From assembly GCA_965212055.1 (NCBI GenBank), contig OZ243041.1, forward strand, positions 416,001 to 480,000: 64,000 nt of DNA, read 5' to 3'. Position numbers and translations under genes: made by a program. The notes under the pieces are model-generated. The model was not told where the DNA came from and did not search any database. It was given only the letters and a program-made list of their open reading frames with translations. Positions within the stretch are counted from its first letter, which is position 1, and every line of letters begins with the position of its first letter. The DNA is from Fidelibacterota bacterium (GTDB taxonomy: Bacteria; Fidelibacterota; Marinisomatia; Marinisomatales; Marinisomataceae). This document shows, in pieces, positions 42,993-53,008 of the stretch.

Positions 42993-44311
42993 TTGAGAAA
43001 ATAAGAAATATTTTTGCCATTCCTGAACTGAGAAGAAAAATCCTATTTACGTTAGGACTTTTAGTGGTTGTCAGAATTGGAGCTCAAATTCCAATTCCTG
43101 GTATCGACACTGCAGCTCTTTTTGAAGCCATGAAAGCTTTCGAGGATACTTTCTTTGGTTTATTTAATATGTTTACAGGTGGAGCTTTTGCTCAAGCTGC
43201 TCTTTTTGGGTTAGGAATTATGCCTTATATATCTGTTTCAATTATTGTTCAGATTTTACAAACTACACTTCCATATTTCCAAAGATTAGCTAGAGAAGGA
43301 GAGAGCGGTAGAGCAAAGATTACCCAAATTACAAGATATGGTACAGTAATTTTATCTCTTGTTCAGTCTATTGGTATTGCTTTTCTATTAGAAACTTTAG
43401 CAACGCCAGAGGGTATTCCGGTTGTACTAGAGAAGGGGTGGATGTTCAGATTTACTGCAGTCGTTTCTATTACAACAGGTACAATGTTATTATTGTGGCT
43501 TGGAGAAAAGATTACAGAGCATGGTATAGGTAATGGTATATCTCTTATTATTATGGTTGGAATTTTAGCTGGATTTCCAAATGTTGTTTTAGCTCAGATG
43601 CTAAAGTTTGAAACAGGTCAAACAAATATATTATTTGAATTGGCTTTGGCAATCTTGTTCTTCTTTTTAGTCATGTTAATTGTTCTTATTCAACAAGGGA
43701 TTAGAAAAGTTCCTATTCAATATGCAAGGAGAGTAATTGGTAGAAAAGTTTATGGTGGTCAATCTACATATTTACCATTAAAAATTAATACTGCGGGTGT
43801 TATTCCGATTATATTTGCGCAGTCTATATTATTAATTCCAGGTACAATTGCTACTTTTGTAGGACAAGAGGCTGTACAATCAGGTTTTATGTCTTGGTTT
43901 GCAATGGATCATTGGTTTTCTAATCTCTGTTTTGCTTTATTGATTGTCTTCTTTACCTATTTTTACACGGCACTACAATTTGATCCAAATCAAGTTTCTT
44001 CAACATTAAAACAGCAGGGAGGATTTATCCCTGGAGTGAAACCTGGAAGAAAAACAGCAAATTTTATTGAGAATATATTAACTAGAGTAACATTGCCTGG
44101 AGCATGCTTTCTTGGGTTTATTGCTTTAATGCCATACTTCTTACAACAATTGGTTGGTTTAGATTATAATTACGCTTCATTTTTTGGTGGTACAAGTTTA
44201 TTAATTATTGTTGGTGTTGGTTTAGATACCCTCAATCAAATAGAAACACATTTATTATCAAGACATTACGATGGTTTCTTAGCAAAAGGTAAGATGAGAG
44301 GTAGAAGGTAA
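42989..44311 (+). CDS. secY: Preprotein translocase SecY
   Basis: LGIMPYIS, WLGEKIT..GIGNGISL, GVIPIIFA, IPGVKPG, FGGTSLLI. Confidence 0.98.
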   Translation: MIEKIRNIFAIPELRRKILFTLGLLVVVRIGAQIPIPGIDTAALFEAMKAFEDTFFGLFNMFTGGAFAQAALFGLGIMPYISVSIIVQILQTTLPYFQRLAREGESGRAKITQITRYGTVILSLVQSIGIAFLLETLATPEGIPVVLEKGWMFRFTAVVSITTGTMLLLWLGEKITEHGIGNGISLIIMVGILAGFPNVVLAQMLKFETGQTNILFELALAILFFFLVMLIVLIQQGIRKVPIQYARRVIGRKVYGGQSTYLPLKINTAGVIPIIFAQSILLIPGTIATFVGQEAVQSGFMSWFAMDHWFSNLCFALLIVFFTYFYTALQFDPNQVSSTLKQQGGFIPGVKPGRKTANFIENILTRVTLPGACFLGFIALMPYFLQQLVGLDYNYASFFGGTSLLIIVGVGLDTLNQIETHLLSRHYDGFLAKGKMRGRR

Positions 44312-45060
44312 TGGTTGATTTAAATAATATGGAACAAGTTAACAAGATGACTGAAAGTTGTCAGATATTATCTGATACTCTAGATCTTGTTGAGACATAT
44401 ATTGTTCCTGGTCAATCTGTTTTAGAATTAGATAAGATTGCTGAGGATTATATTGTTTCAAAAGATGGAATTCCTGCATTTAAAGGATATAATAATTTTC
44501 CGTCTACTTTATGCATATCAGTTGATGATGAGATTGTACATGGAATACCAAAGGATATAACATTAAAAGAGGGACAAATAGTAGGAATTGATTGCGGAGT
44601 TCTTAAGAATGGTTATTATAGTGATTCTGCAAGAACTATTCCAGTGGGTGAGATTTCTAAAGAAAAAGCATTATTATTAAATACAACAAAAGAAGCACTT
44701 GATATAGGCATTAGTAAAGCAGTAGCTGGTAATCTTGTCTATGATATTAGTCAGGCTATACAGGAATATGTAGAATCGAAAGGATATTCAATTGTTCGAG
44801 AATTAGTGGGGCATGGTATTGGCAAACAACTCCACCTTGATCCTCAAGTTCCTAATTTCTGTGAACCTAAGAATCATAGTCACGATGTTGTATTAGAGGA
44901 AGGTATGTGTTTAGCTATTGAACCAATGGTTAATTTGGGTAGTAGACACATTAAAACTGATAAAGATGGGTGGACAATTAAGACACAAGACGGGAAGCCA
45001 AGTGCACACTTTGAACATTCAGTTCTTATTACTAAGTTCCAACCCAGAATTTTAACATAG
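44311..45060 (+). CDS. map: Methionine aminopeptidase type I
   Basis: [36 protein letters not shown]. Confidence 0.96.
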   Translation: MVDLNNMEQVNKMTESCQILSDTLDLVETYIVPGQSVLELDKIAEDYIVSKDGIPAFKGYNNFPSTLCISVDDEIVHGIPKDITLKEGQIVGIDCGVLKNGYYSDSARTIPVGEISKEKALLLNTTKEALDIGISKAVAGNLVYDISQAIQEYVESKGYSIVRELVGHGIGKQLHLDPQVPNFCEPKNHSHDVVLEEGMCLAIEPMVNLGSRHIKTDKDGWTIKTQDGKPSAHFEHSVLITKFQPRILT

Positions 45061-45061
45061 T

Positions 45062-45286
45062 ATGGCAAAACAAGAATCAATAGCAGTTGAGGGAGTTATA
45101 AAGGAAGCTTTACCAGGAGCGAGGTTTAGAGTGACAATAAACTTAGGAGGCAAAGAACACGAAGTTCTTGCACATGTAAGCGGTAAAATGCGTATGCATT
45201 TTATTAAAATGCTTCCTGGCGATAAAGTTGATTTAGAATTATCTCCATATGATTTAACTAGAGGAAGAATTACGTTTAGGCAATAA
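45062..45286 (+). CDS. infA: Translation initiation factor IF-1
   Basis: [24 protein letters not shown]. Confidence 0.97.
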   Translation: MAKQESIAVEGVIKEALPGARFRVTINLGGKEHEVLAHVSGKMRMHFIKMLPGDKVDLELSPYDLTRGRITFRQ

Positions 45287-45288
45287 TT

Positions 45289-45405
45289 ATGAAAGTTAAA
45301 GCATCAGTTAAGAGAAGAAGTCGAGATTGTATTATTGTACGTAGAAAAGGACGTATTTATATTATTAATAAGAGAAATCCTCGATTCAAACAGAGGCAAG
45401 GATAA
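45289..45405 (+). CDS. rpmJ: 50S ribosomal protein L36, zinc-ribbon-less form (absent from ORF track)
   Basis: Manual translation [38 protein letters not shown]. Confidence 0.96.
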   Translation: MKVKASVKRRSRDCIIVRRKGRIYIINKRNPRFKQRQG

Positions 45406-45788
45406 TGGCTAGAATAGCAGGAATTGATATACCAAAAGATAAGAAAGTCGCTCATTCTCTTAGATATGTTCATGGAATTGGTTTAACTACCGCATTAAAG
45501 ATATGCGAATTAGCCAAGATTAATCCTGATTCTAGAGTTACTGATCTTAGTAGTAAAGAAGAAGATTCTATTAGAAAAGTTATTGTTGATTTGAAATTGC
45601 TAATTGAAGGTGAATTAAGAACCGAGAATATTAAAAATATTAAAAGATTACAAGATATTGGTACTTATAGAGGTGTAAGGCATAGAAAATCTTTGCCAGT
45701 AAGAGGACAGAGAACTAAGACAAACTCTCGTACCAAAAGAGGAAGGAAACAAACAGTGGGACTTGGTAATAAAAAGGTAGCAGTATAA
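45405..45788 (+). CDS. rpsM: 30S ribosomal protein S13
   Basis: [27 protein letters not shown]. Confidence 0.98.
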   Translation: MARIAGIDIPKDKKVAHSLRYVHGIGLTTALKICELAKINPDSRVTDLSSKEEDSIRKVIVDLKLLIEGELRTENIKNIKRLQDIGTYRGVRHRKSLPVRGQRTKTNSRTKRGRKQTVGLGNKKVAV

Positions 45789-45792
45789 GATT

Positions 45793-46173
45793 ATGGCAGT
45801 AAAAGGTAAATCAAAGAAAAAGAAAGTGGGTTCAAAGGGTATTGTCCACATAAAAGCAACATTTAACAATACAAATATTACAGTTACTGATGAACATGGC
45901 AATGTTATTGCTTGGGCTACTGCTGGAAAAGCGGGTTTTAGAGGATCTAGAAAGAATACCGCGTATGCAGCCTCTATAGCAGCAGAGAAAGTTGCAGGCG
46001 AGGTTGTTGGTATGGGTTTATTAAAAGTTTCAGTTAAGGTAAAAGGTCCTGGAGCAGGTAGAGAATCAGCTATTAGAGCGTTATCAGGTGCAGGGTTACA
46101 AATAGCTTCGATATCTGATGTAACTCCACTACCTCATAATGGTTGTAGACCTAAGAAACAGAGAAGAGTATAA
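45793..46173 (+). CDS. rpsK: 30S ribosomal protein S11
   Basis: [25 protein letters not shown]. Confidence 0.98.
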   Translation: MAVKGKSKKKKVGSKGIVHIKATFNNTNITVTDEHGNVIAWATAGKAGFRGSRKNTAYAASIAAEKVAGEVVGMGLLKVSVKVKGPGAGRESAIRALSGAGLQIASISDVTPLPHNGCRPKKQRRV

Positions 46174-46179
46174 AATTAT

Positions 46180-46794
46180 ATGGCAAAACTAAATACACCT
46201 AAAGGTAAACTGGTCAGAAAACTTGGAGTTAATATCTTTGGAAATCCAAAATTTGATAAATTATTATCAAGAAAAGGATATAGACCTGGTCAACATGGAC
46301 AATCTGGAAAGCGTTTTACGACATATTCCACACAATTAAAAGAGAAACAGAAAATCAAGTTTATGTATGGTATGTTAGAGAAACAATTTAGAAATTATTT
46401 TAAAAAAGCTTCACAAATGAAAGGTGAAACAGGTCTTAATCTATTGGTATTACTTGAATCAAGATTAGATAATGTAGTCTATAAATTAGGATTTGCTCCT
46501 TCAAGACCGTCTGCTAGACAGCTTGTTAACCATGCACATTTTATGGTTAATGGTAAGAGAGTTAATATACCGTCTTATCGATTAAAACCAGGTGATACCA
46601 TTCAAGTAAGGGACAAAAGTAAAAAATTAGATATTATATTAGATTCGATTAAGATGATTAAAGGTGATTTAAATGTATCATGGCTATCTTTAGATAAAGC
46701 TCAAATGGTTGGTACATTTGTTAATTATCCAGAAAGACAAGAAGTTGATATGACTATTAATGAACAGTTAGTTGTAGAGTACTATTCAAGATAA
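46180..46794 (+). CDS. rpsD: 30S ribosomal protein S4 (no cysteines)
   Basis: PGQHG, LKEKQK, LESRLDNVVY, ARQLVNH, VVEYYSR. Confidence 0.98.
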   Translation: MAKLNTPKGKLVRKLGVNIFGNPKFDKLLSRKGYRPGQHGQSGKRFTTYSTQLKEKQKIKFMYGMLEKQFRNYFKKASQMKGETGLNLLVLLESRLDNVVYKLGFAPSRPSARQLVNHAHFMVNGKRVNIPSYRLKPGDTIQVRDKSKKLDIILDSIKMIKGDLNVSWLSLDKAQMVGTFVNYPERQEVDMTINEQLVVEYYSR

Positions 46795-46806
46795 AAGGAA
46801 AAGATA

Positions 46807-47781
46807 ATGAGTAATGAATTAAAATTTAAAATTTCACATAAAGAAACAGATGATAATTCTAGTGAGTTTGTTATTAAACCATTGGAAAGAGGCTATGGAA
46901 TAACTGTAGGAAATTCTCTAAGGAGAGCTTTGTTAACAGCGGTTCCTGGAGCAGCAATTACCAATGTGAAGATTGAAGGTGCCTTACATGAGTTTTCTAC
47001 ATTGGACGGTATCAAGGAAGATGTTGCTGATATTCTTATGAATTTGAAAGCAGTACGATTTCATCTTTTTGAAAGCGTTGTTGAACCAATACGTTTAAAG
47101 ATTAAAGGAAAGAAAACGTTTACTGCAGCTAATATTCAAGCGGCAAGTAATGATTTTACTATTCTTAATCCTGACCTATATATTACTGATATTGCTAAAG
47201 ATACTACATTAGAGATAGAATTGAGGCTAGGTATAGGCAAAGGCTATAAGTCAAGCGAAGAAAATACACTTAATAATTCACCGGTTGGGATTATTCCAAT
47301 TGATAGCATTTTTAACCCTGTTACAAAAGTCACATTTAATGTTTCTTCCTTACCGGGAGCAAAAGAAGATTTAGAAATGTTGTCTTTAGATGTTACAACT
47401 GATGGATCAATTACTCCAATAGATGCGGTAAGTTATTGTTCTTCAGTATTATCTGAGCACTATAATATTATCAATTCCATTAGCAATCCTTCAGTGTTAG
47501 AGATTGATAAGCCAGTAAGTGAAGAAATTCTACAGACTCGTAAGCTTCTTGAATCTTCAATCGATGAAATGGAACTTTCAGTAAGAAGTCATAACTGTCT
47601 TGAAGCTGCAGGCATTACTTTGATTGGAGCACTTGTTCAAAAAGAAGAATCCGAAATGTTGGAGTATAAAAATTTCGGTAGAAAATCTTTAAACGAGTTG
47701 ATTGAAAAACTTGAAACAATGGGATTGAAATTTGGAATGGATATTAGTCCATACCTTGACAACGAAAACAATGAGGCATAG
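46807..47781 (+). CDS. rpoA: RNA polymerase alpha subunit
   Basis: PLERGYGITVGNSLRR, HEFST, ELSVRSHNCL, NFGRKSL. Confidence 0.98.
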   Translation: MSNELKFKISHKETDDNSSEFVIKPLERGYGITVGNSLRRALLTAVPGAAITNVKIEGALHEFSTLDGIKEDVADILMNLKAVRFHLFESVVEPIRLKIKGKKTFTAANIQAASNDFTILNPDLYITDIAKDTTLEIELRLGIGKGYKSSEENTLNNSPVGIIPIDSIFNPVTKVTFNVSSLPGAKEDLEMLSLDVTTDGSITPIDAVSYCSSVLSEHYNIINSISNPSVLEIDKPVSEEILQTRKLLESSIDEMELSVRSHNCLEAAGITLIGALVQKEESEMLEYKNFGRKSLNELIEKLETMGLKFGMDISPYLDNENNEA

Positions 47782-48190
47782 AGTAAGAACAAAAAAGGTT
47801 GGGAAATCTGCTTCTCATAGAAAAGCAATGTTGTCTAACATGGCAAGCTCTTTAATCGAGCACAAACGCATTAGAACAACCCATCAAAAAGCTATAGCAC
47901 TCAAGAGATTTATTGAGCCAATGATTACCAAAGCAAAAGATGGAACATTACATAATAGAAGACAGGTGTTGAAAAGCTTAAATAATCAAACAGCTGTTAA
48001 AACATTGTTTGATGTTATTGGTCCTAGTTATGCTCAAAGACCAGGCGGTTACACAAGAATCATTAAGCTTGGAAGTAGGGTTAATGATGCTGCAAAAATG
48101 TCTCTGATTGAATTTGTTGATAAATCTAATCTAGAAGATAGTGTTGTTGAAGATCAAGTTCCTGAAGAAGTAGAATCAGAAGATAATTAA
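47771..48190 (+). CDS. rplQ: 50S ribosomal protein L17
   Basis: MRHR, HRKAML.NM, RPGGYTRIIK. Confidence 0.97.
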   Translation: MRHRVRTKKVGKSASHRKAMLSNMASSLIEHKRIRTTHQKAIALKRFIEPMITKAKDGTLHNRRQVLKSLNNQTAVKTLFDVIGPSYAQRPGGYTRIIKLGSRVNDAAKMSLIEFVDKSNLEDSVVEDQVPEEVESEDN

Positions 48191-48619
48191 ATCATTTCGA
48201 TTATATCTTTTAAATATTTTTTATCAATCTCATCAAAGTCATCAAGTTCTTTTGAATCAATGTCTAATACATAATTTAGAAATGGTATAGTAATTTCTGA
48301 CTTACTATTTGGATCACATTCAATATGTCCATGAAATTTACTAACATTAGGCACAATTATTATTTTTCTAGAATTGAGGGATTGTCCGCATACTCCGTCC
48401 ATATTTATGGGACTACATGGTATTTTGTCTGACTTATAAAATGATATTTCTAATTCGTTATCATTAAGAATATAAAAACCGACAAAAATTCCAATTTTCA
48501 AACATATCATATAGTGTGTTACATATTAAATCTAAGGTTAGTTCATCTTTTAAGTTTTTAATTTTAGAAATTGCTTTTTGATAAGTTTCTTCTTTAATGT
48601 CAGGTTGTAACTTGCTCAT
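48187..48619 (-). pseudogene. msrC: Free methionine-R-sulfoxide reductase (GAF, YebR/MsrC family) split by a +1 frameshift; pseudogene or sequencing error
   Basis: Removing one T from the T5 run (plus-strand A5 48484-48488) joins MSKLQP..ENWNF to VGFY..PC..GVCG..GHIECD..SKSEI..LDIDS, 143 aa. Confidence 0.8.
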
Positions 48620-49526
48620 GTCAAAAAATAACAAATATTCTGAGAAGGCAATAATAGTTTCTGGTTTGCCTAGAACAGCAACAACAGCATTGGGAGATAT
48701 ATTGTCTCTTATTGATGGATATAACATGGTTTACGAGCCTTTTAATGCGTCCCAAGGCATTTCAGAGGTCAATTTAAATTACCTGATTCCTGGTGCAAAT
48801 ATTAGTTATAGTGATTTCGATGATGTTTTTAATAGTATTCTGAATTTAAATGCTAAGTTTAAATTAGGAGTGAAGGAAAATGATTCAGCTCTAAAGAAAG
48901 CTGTTAAAACATTATTTGGGAACGAATCTTCCTTGTCATTTCTTAAATCCAAGTTTTCTATTAATAAAAAGAAATTAATTATTAAGGATCCTTTTTTGGT
49001 ATTTGCATCACTGTATCTTTCTGATAATTATAGAGTAATAATGTGTGAGAGGCCAATTTTACCATTAGCGGGTAGTTTTAAGAGGATGGGATGGGAATTC
49101 TCTGAGTATGACAGACTCATTAATGATCTTAATCGTATTGATGTTAAAATAGAGGAAAAAATTGAAAATAGCTCTATTTCTCCATCTGTTTTAGGAGCTA
49201 TCCAATTTTTTCAATTGTATAGTAGTTTTAAAAGTAAAATTGAAGGAAAAGAGAATATTTATTTCTTCAATCAAAATGATTTTTCATTAAATCCAGAACA
49301 ATCAATTAATCGACTATTTGATTGGTTAGATGAAGGGTGTACAGACAAAATAGTTAGCAAAGTTAAAAACCTAAATTTTGGTCAAAAAAATGATATAAAA
49401 GAGCCAAAAAAACAAGTTCAACATGACTTAGTTTACAATAAATCTTTTTCAAACAAGTACTATAAGTCAGTTTTGAATAAAGAAGAAATTGATTTTGTAA
49501 GGGAGTGTAGCGGAGGAGAGATTTGA
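48618..49526 (+). CDS. P-loop sulfotransferase-family protein (alternative start 48597)
   Basis: IIVSGLPRTATT resembles 5'-PSB loop, YEPFN, IIKDP, R....GS 3'-PB-like segment. Confidence 0.65.
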   Translation: MSKNNKYSEKAIIVSGLPRTATTALGDILSLIDGYNMVYEPFNASQGISEVNLNYLIPGANISYSDFDDVFNSILNLNAKFKLGVKENDSALKKAVKTLFGNESSLSFLKSKFSINKKKLIIKDPFLVFASLYLSDNYRVIMCERPILPLAGSFKRMGWEFSEYDRLINDLNRIDVKIEEKIENSSISPSVLGAIQFFQLYSSFKSKIEGKENIYFFNQNDFSLNPEQSINRLFDWLDEGCTDKIVSKVKNLNFGQKNDIKEPKKQVQHDLVYNKSFSNKYYKSVLNKEEIDFVRECSGGEI

Positions 49527-49581
49527 ACTCCCGACACGCGGATTATGATTCCGCTGCTCTAACCAACTGAGCTACTCCGCC
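49508..49581 (-). tRNA. tRNA-Met(CAT), elongator type
   Basis: Reverse complement GGCGGAGTAGCTCAG..GCGGA-ATCATAA-TCCGC..GTTCAAATC..CTCCGCTA; lacks initiator GGG/CCC anticodon stem; Ile2 identity not fully excluded. Confidence 0.9.
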
Positions 49582-49709
49582 ATAGATTTTTTGAAGTTAT
49601 ATTACTTAAGTTTAAATGTCTAAATTTTTATAAGAAAAGTGTTCACTTTTCTATCTTATTTTGTAATTTTAACTTCTGTTGGCGAACTTAAAGACATATA
49701 GGGATACAA

Positions 49710-51050
49710 ATGAAATATAAATCAAAAAACGATTTTTTGAATACAGTTGTTGACAAATATAAAGATCAACAAGAATTTCATCAAGCTGTAGAAGAAGTAA
49801 TTGGTTCTATTTGGTCTACTGCTACAAAGAATAAAGAGTATGTGGAAGCTAATATACTGGATAGAATTATTGTTCCTGATAGATCTATTATTTTTCGTGT
49901 TCCATGGGTTGATGATAATAATAATGTTCAAGTCAATCTAGGGTATAGAATTCAGTTCAATTCCTCTATTGGTCCTTATAAAGGTGGGCTTCGATTCCAC
50001 CCAAGTGTTAATCTAGGGATTCTCAAATTTTTAGCATTTGAGCAGGTTTTTAAAAATAGCCTTACAGGATTAAATCTTGGTGGAGGTAAAGGTGGTTCAA
50101 ATTTTGATCCAAAAGGAAAATCAGATAGAGAGATAATGAGATTCTGTCATTCATTCATGGACGAACTTTTTAGGCACATTGGTAGAAGAACAGATATTCC
50201 TGCTGGAGATATTGGTGTTGGCGCAAAAGAAATTGGATATATGTTCGGTCAATATAAGAAAATAAAGAATGTTTTTTCAGGTGTCTTAACCGGAAAAGGA
50301 ACTAATTGGGGTGGAAGTCTAATCCGTCCTGAAGCAACTGGTTATGGATTAGTTTACTTTGCGATTAATATGTTAGAAACACAAGATGATGCACTAGAAG
50401 GAAAAACAGTCACTATTTCTGGATCAGGGAATGTTGCACAGTATGCTTGTGAGAAGTTAATCGAATTAGGTGCGAAACCTGTTACCCTTTCAGATTCAAG
50501 TGGATTTATTTATGATCCTGATGGAATTACTCAGGAAAAACTTGAGTATGTGAAAAAATTAAAGGATAGTCGTTCAGCGAGAATTTCAGAATATGCAAAG
50601 AAATATAAAGTCAAATTTTTTGCCAATCAAAATCCATGGAGCATTAAATGTGATATTGCTCTTCCGTGTGCTACGCAGAACGAATTGGATTTAAAAGATG
50701 CCAAAAAGCTAACTAAAAATGGTTGTATTGTGGTTGCAGAAGGAGCAAATATGCCATGTACTAAGGATGCAGTACATCACTTCATAGATAAGAAGATATT
50801 GTTTGGTCCAGGTAAAGCTGCAAATGCTGGAGGAGTTGCTGTTTCTGGTATTGAGATGAGTCAAAATAGTACAAGAATTCCATTAAAAAGAGAACAAGTT
50901 GATAATTTATTGAAAGGAATTATGGATAAGATTCATTCTACATGTGTTGACTTTGGTTCTCAAAAAGGATTTGTTAACTATGTTGATGGTGCAAATATTG
51001 GCGGATTTGTTAGAATTGCAGACTCCATGGTTGATCAAGGCGTTGTCTAA
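49710..51050 (+). CDS. gdhA: Glutamate dehydrogenase, GdhA (NADP-type) family
   Basis: GPYKGGLRFHPSV, GGGKGGS, PAGDIGVG, RPEATGYG, GSGNVA, AANAGGV. Confidence 0.96.
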   Translation: MKYKSKNDFLNTVVDKYKDQQEFHQAVEEVIGSIWSTATKNKEYVEANILDRIIVPDRSIIFRVPWVDDNNNVQVNLGYRIQFNSSIGPYKGGLRFHPSVNLGILKFLAFEQVFKNSLTGLNLGGGKGGSNFDPKGKSDREIMRFCHSFMDELFRHIGRRTDIPAGDIGVGAKEIGYMFGQYKKIKNVFSGVLTGKGTNWGGSLIRPEATGYGLVYFAINMLETQDDALEGKTVTISGSGNVAQYACEKLIELGAKPVTLSDSSGFIYDPDGITQEKLEYVKKLKDSRSARISEYAKKYKVKFFANQNPWSIKCDIALPCATQNELDLKDAKKLTKNGCIVVAEGANMPCTKDAVHHFIDKKILFGPGKAANAGGVAVSGIEMSQNSTRIPLKREQVDNLLKGIMDKIHSTCVDFGSQKGFVNYVDGANIGGFVRIADSMVDQGVV

Positions 51051-51076
51051 AACATTTTTAACAAACTTTCAGACTG

Positions 51077-52264
51077 ATGCTACGCAAACTTAAATCATTT
51101 GATATTCAATCAAGACGCGTCTTAATAAGAGTAGATTTTAATGTTCCCATTGATAATGATATTGTTATTGATGATTATAGAATTCGAAAAACAATTCCTA
51201 CTATTAAACATTGTTTAGACCAAGGGGCTAAAGTTATTTTAATGTCACATCTAGGAAGGCCAAAAGGTAAAATCAATTCAAAATTTTCTTTAATGCCTGT
51301 AGGAGAAAAATTAGCTGAATTATTAGAAATTCCTATAAAGTTCTCTCAGGATTGTGTATCAGATGATGCAATAGATGTTTCACACAATTTACAGTCGGGT
51401 GAAGTACATCTCCTTGAAAATTTACGTTTCTACAATGAAGAGATTGAAAACAATAATGAATTTGCGATAAAACTTTCTAAGCATGGTGAGATATATTTAA
51501 ATGATGCATTTGGGACAGCTCATCGTGAACACGCATCCAACGCTGGTATTGTTCATCATTTTATGCACAAAGGCATAGGCGTACTGATAGAAAAAGAGTT
51601 AGAGTTCTTATCAGATGCTCTGAAGGCTCCTTTAGCTCCAGTGTTATTAATTATTGGAGGAGCAAAAATTGATACCAAAATTGATGTGATTCATAACTTT
51701 CTTGATCTAGCAGACAATATTATTATTGGAGGAGCAATGGCAAATACATTTCTAGCTGCAAATGGCTATAATATGGGTAAATCATTGGTTGAAACGGATA
51801 AATTAGAAATTGCAAAAAGAATATTGTTAGATGCTTCAAAAACAAAAACTAAGATTATCTTACCAATTGATTTTAATGGAGAGTTAGATGAGTTTGGTAG
51901 CGGAAACTTAAAGTATGCTAATTATGATGATATTAAGAAAAATATGATTTGTGAAGATATTGGAGAATTAAGCGTAAATTTATTTGCAGATATTATAAGC
52001 AAGTCAAAAACAATTTTTTGGAATGGTACAGTAGGAGTTGCTGAAAACAAAGATTTTTCTTTTGGTACAGAGAAAATTATCGATAAAATTATTGAGAATG
52101 AATGTGTTGCAATAGTAGGAGGCGGTGATACTGTGACTGCCATTAGCAATTATAACGATGAATTAATTAATGGATTTTCGCATGTTTCAACAGGAGGCGG
52201 TGCATGTTTGGAACTATTATCTGGAAAGAAACTTCCAGCAATAGAGATTTTAGATAAATCATGA
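51077..52264 (+). CDS. pgk: Phosphoglycerate kinase
   Basis: RVDFNVP, SHLGRP, LENLRF, NDAFGTAHR, GGAK, STGGGA. Confidence 0.97.
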   Translation: MLRKLKSFDIQSRRVLIRVDFNVPIDNDIVIDDYRIRKTIPTIKHCLDQGAKVILMSHLGRPKGKINSKFSLMPVGEKLAELLEIPIKFSQDCVSDDAIDVSHNLQSGEVHLLENLRFYNEEIENNNEFAIKLSKHGEIYLNDAFGTAHREHASNAGIVHHFMHKGIGVLIEKELEFLSDALKAPLAPVLLIIGGAKIDTKIDVIHNFLDLADNIIIGGAMANTFLAANGYNMGKSLVETDKLEIAKRILLDASKTKTKIILPIDFNGELDEFGSGNLKYANYDDIKKNMICEDIGELSVNLFADIISKSKTIFWNGTVGVAENKDFSFGTEKIIDKIIENECVAIVGGGDTVTAISNYNDELINGFSHVSTGGGACLELLSGKKLPAIEILDKS

Positions 52265-53001
52265 AGAAAACAATATTAGCTGCAAATTGGAAGATGTATC
52301 TCAATGAGAATGAATCTGTTGATTTCATTAAGAAGATGAATCAAGAAGACGGTTCGTTCTCTAATTCTAATGTAATACTTTTTCCCTCTCATACCTGTAT
52401 TAATCAAGTTCAAAAAAATTTGAAATCAAATAATATTAAAATTGGTATGCAAGATTGTGATATTCACACCAGTGGGGCATATACAGGATCCGTATCTATT
52501 AATAGTGTTACCACGGTAGATTATTGTATTGTTGGACATTCAGAACGAAGACTAATATATAATGATTCCGATAGCATTATTCAAGACAAACTCCAAACAG
52601 TGTTTAATCATGATGTAAGAGCAATTCTATGTGTTGGAGAAACAAAAGAAGAAAAAGACAATAATCAAACCCATAGTGTTATAGATAAACAATTGGGTAT
52701 ACTGCCAAAGGAGTTAAAGAATGATTTAACTATAGCCTATGAACCTGTCTGGTCTATAGGGTCTGGCAATCTTCCTTCTAATGAATATATAGAGGAAGTT
52801 CTTTCTTATATAAAAAATAAATTAAAAAGTTTATATTCAGACGAAATTGCAGAAAAGGTTATTTTGCTTTATGGTGGATCTGTGGATGAGAACAGTGTTA
52901 ACAGATTGTTAGAAGTTAAATTAATTGATGGTTTCCTAATTGGTAGTGCTAGTGCTAATTTTGAAGCTTTTAAAGCAATTGCAGAAAAAATAAAATTATA
53001 G
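52261..53001 (+). CDS. tpiA: Triosephosphate isomerase
   Basis: ANWKM, GHSERR, AYEPVW.IG, YGGSV. Confidence 0.96.
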   Translation: MKKTILAANWKMYLNENESVDFIKKMNQEDGSFSNSNVILFPSHTCINQVQKNLKSNNIKIGMQDCDIHTSGAYTGSVSINSVTTVDYCIVGHSERRLIYNDSDSIIQDKLQTVFNHDVRAILCVGETKEEKDNNQTHSVIDKQLGILPKELKNDLTIAYEPVWSIGSGNLPSNEYIEEVLSYIKNKLKSLYSDEIAEKVILLYGGSVDENSVNRLLEVKLIDGFLIGSASANFEAFKAIAEKIKL

Positions 53002-53008
53002 AGGAATC

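Noticed and set aside
31995..45060. No tuf after fusA and no adk between secY and map
   Set aside because: Common FCB-group gene order; tuf sits at the tRNA cluster
23262..47828. Many 60-170 aa antisense or off-frame ORFs inside rpoB, rpoC, fusA and r-protein genes
   Set aside because: Expected shadows of biased codon usage; no motifs or start signals
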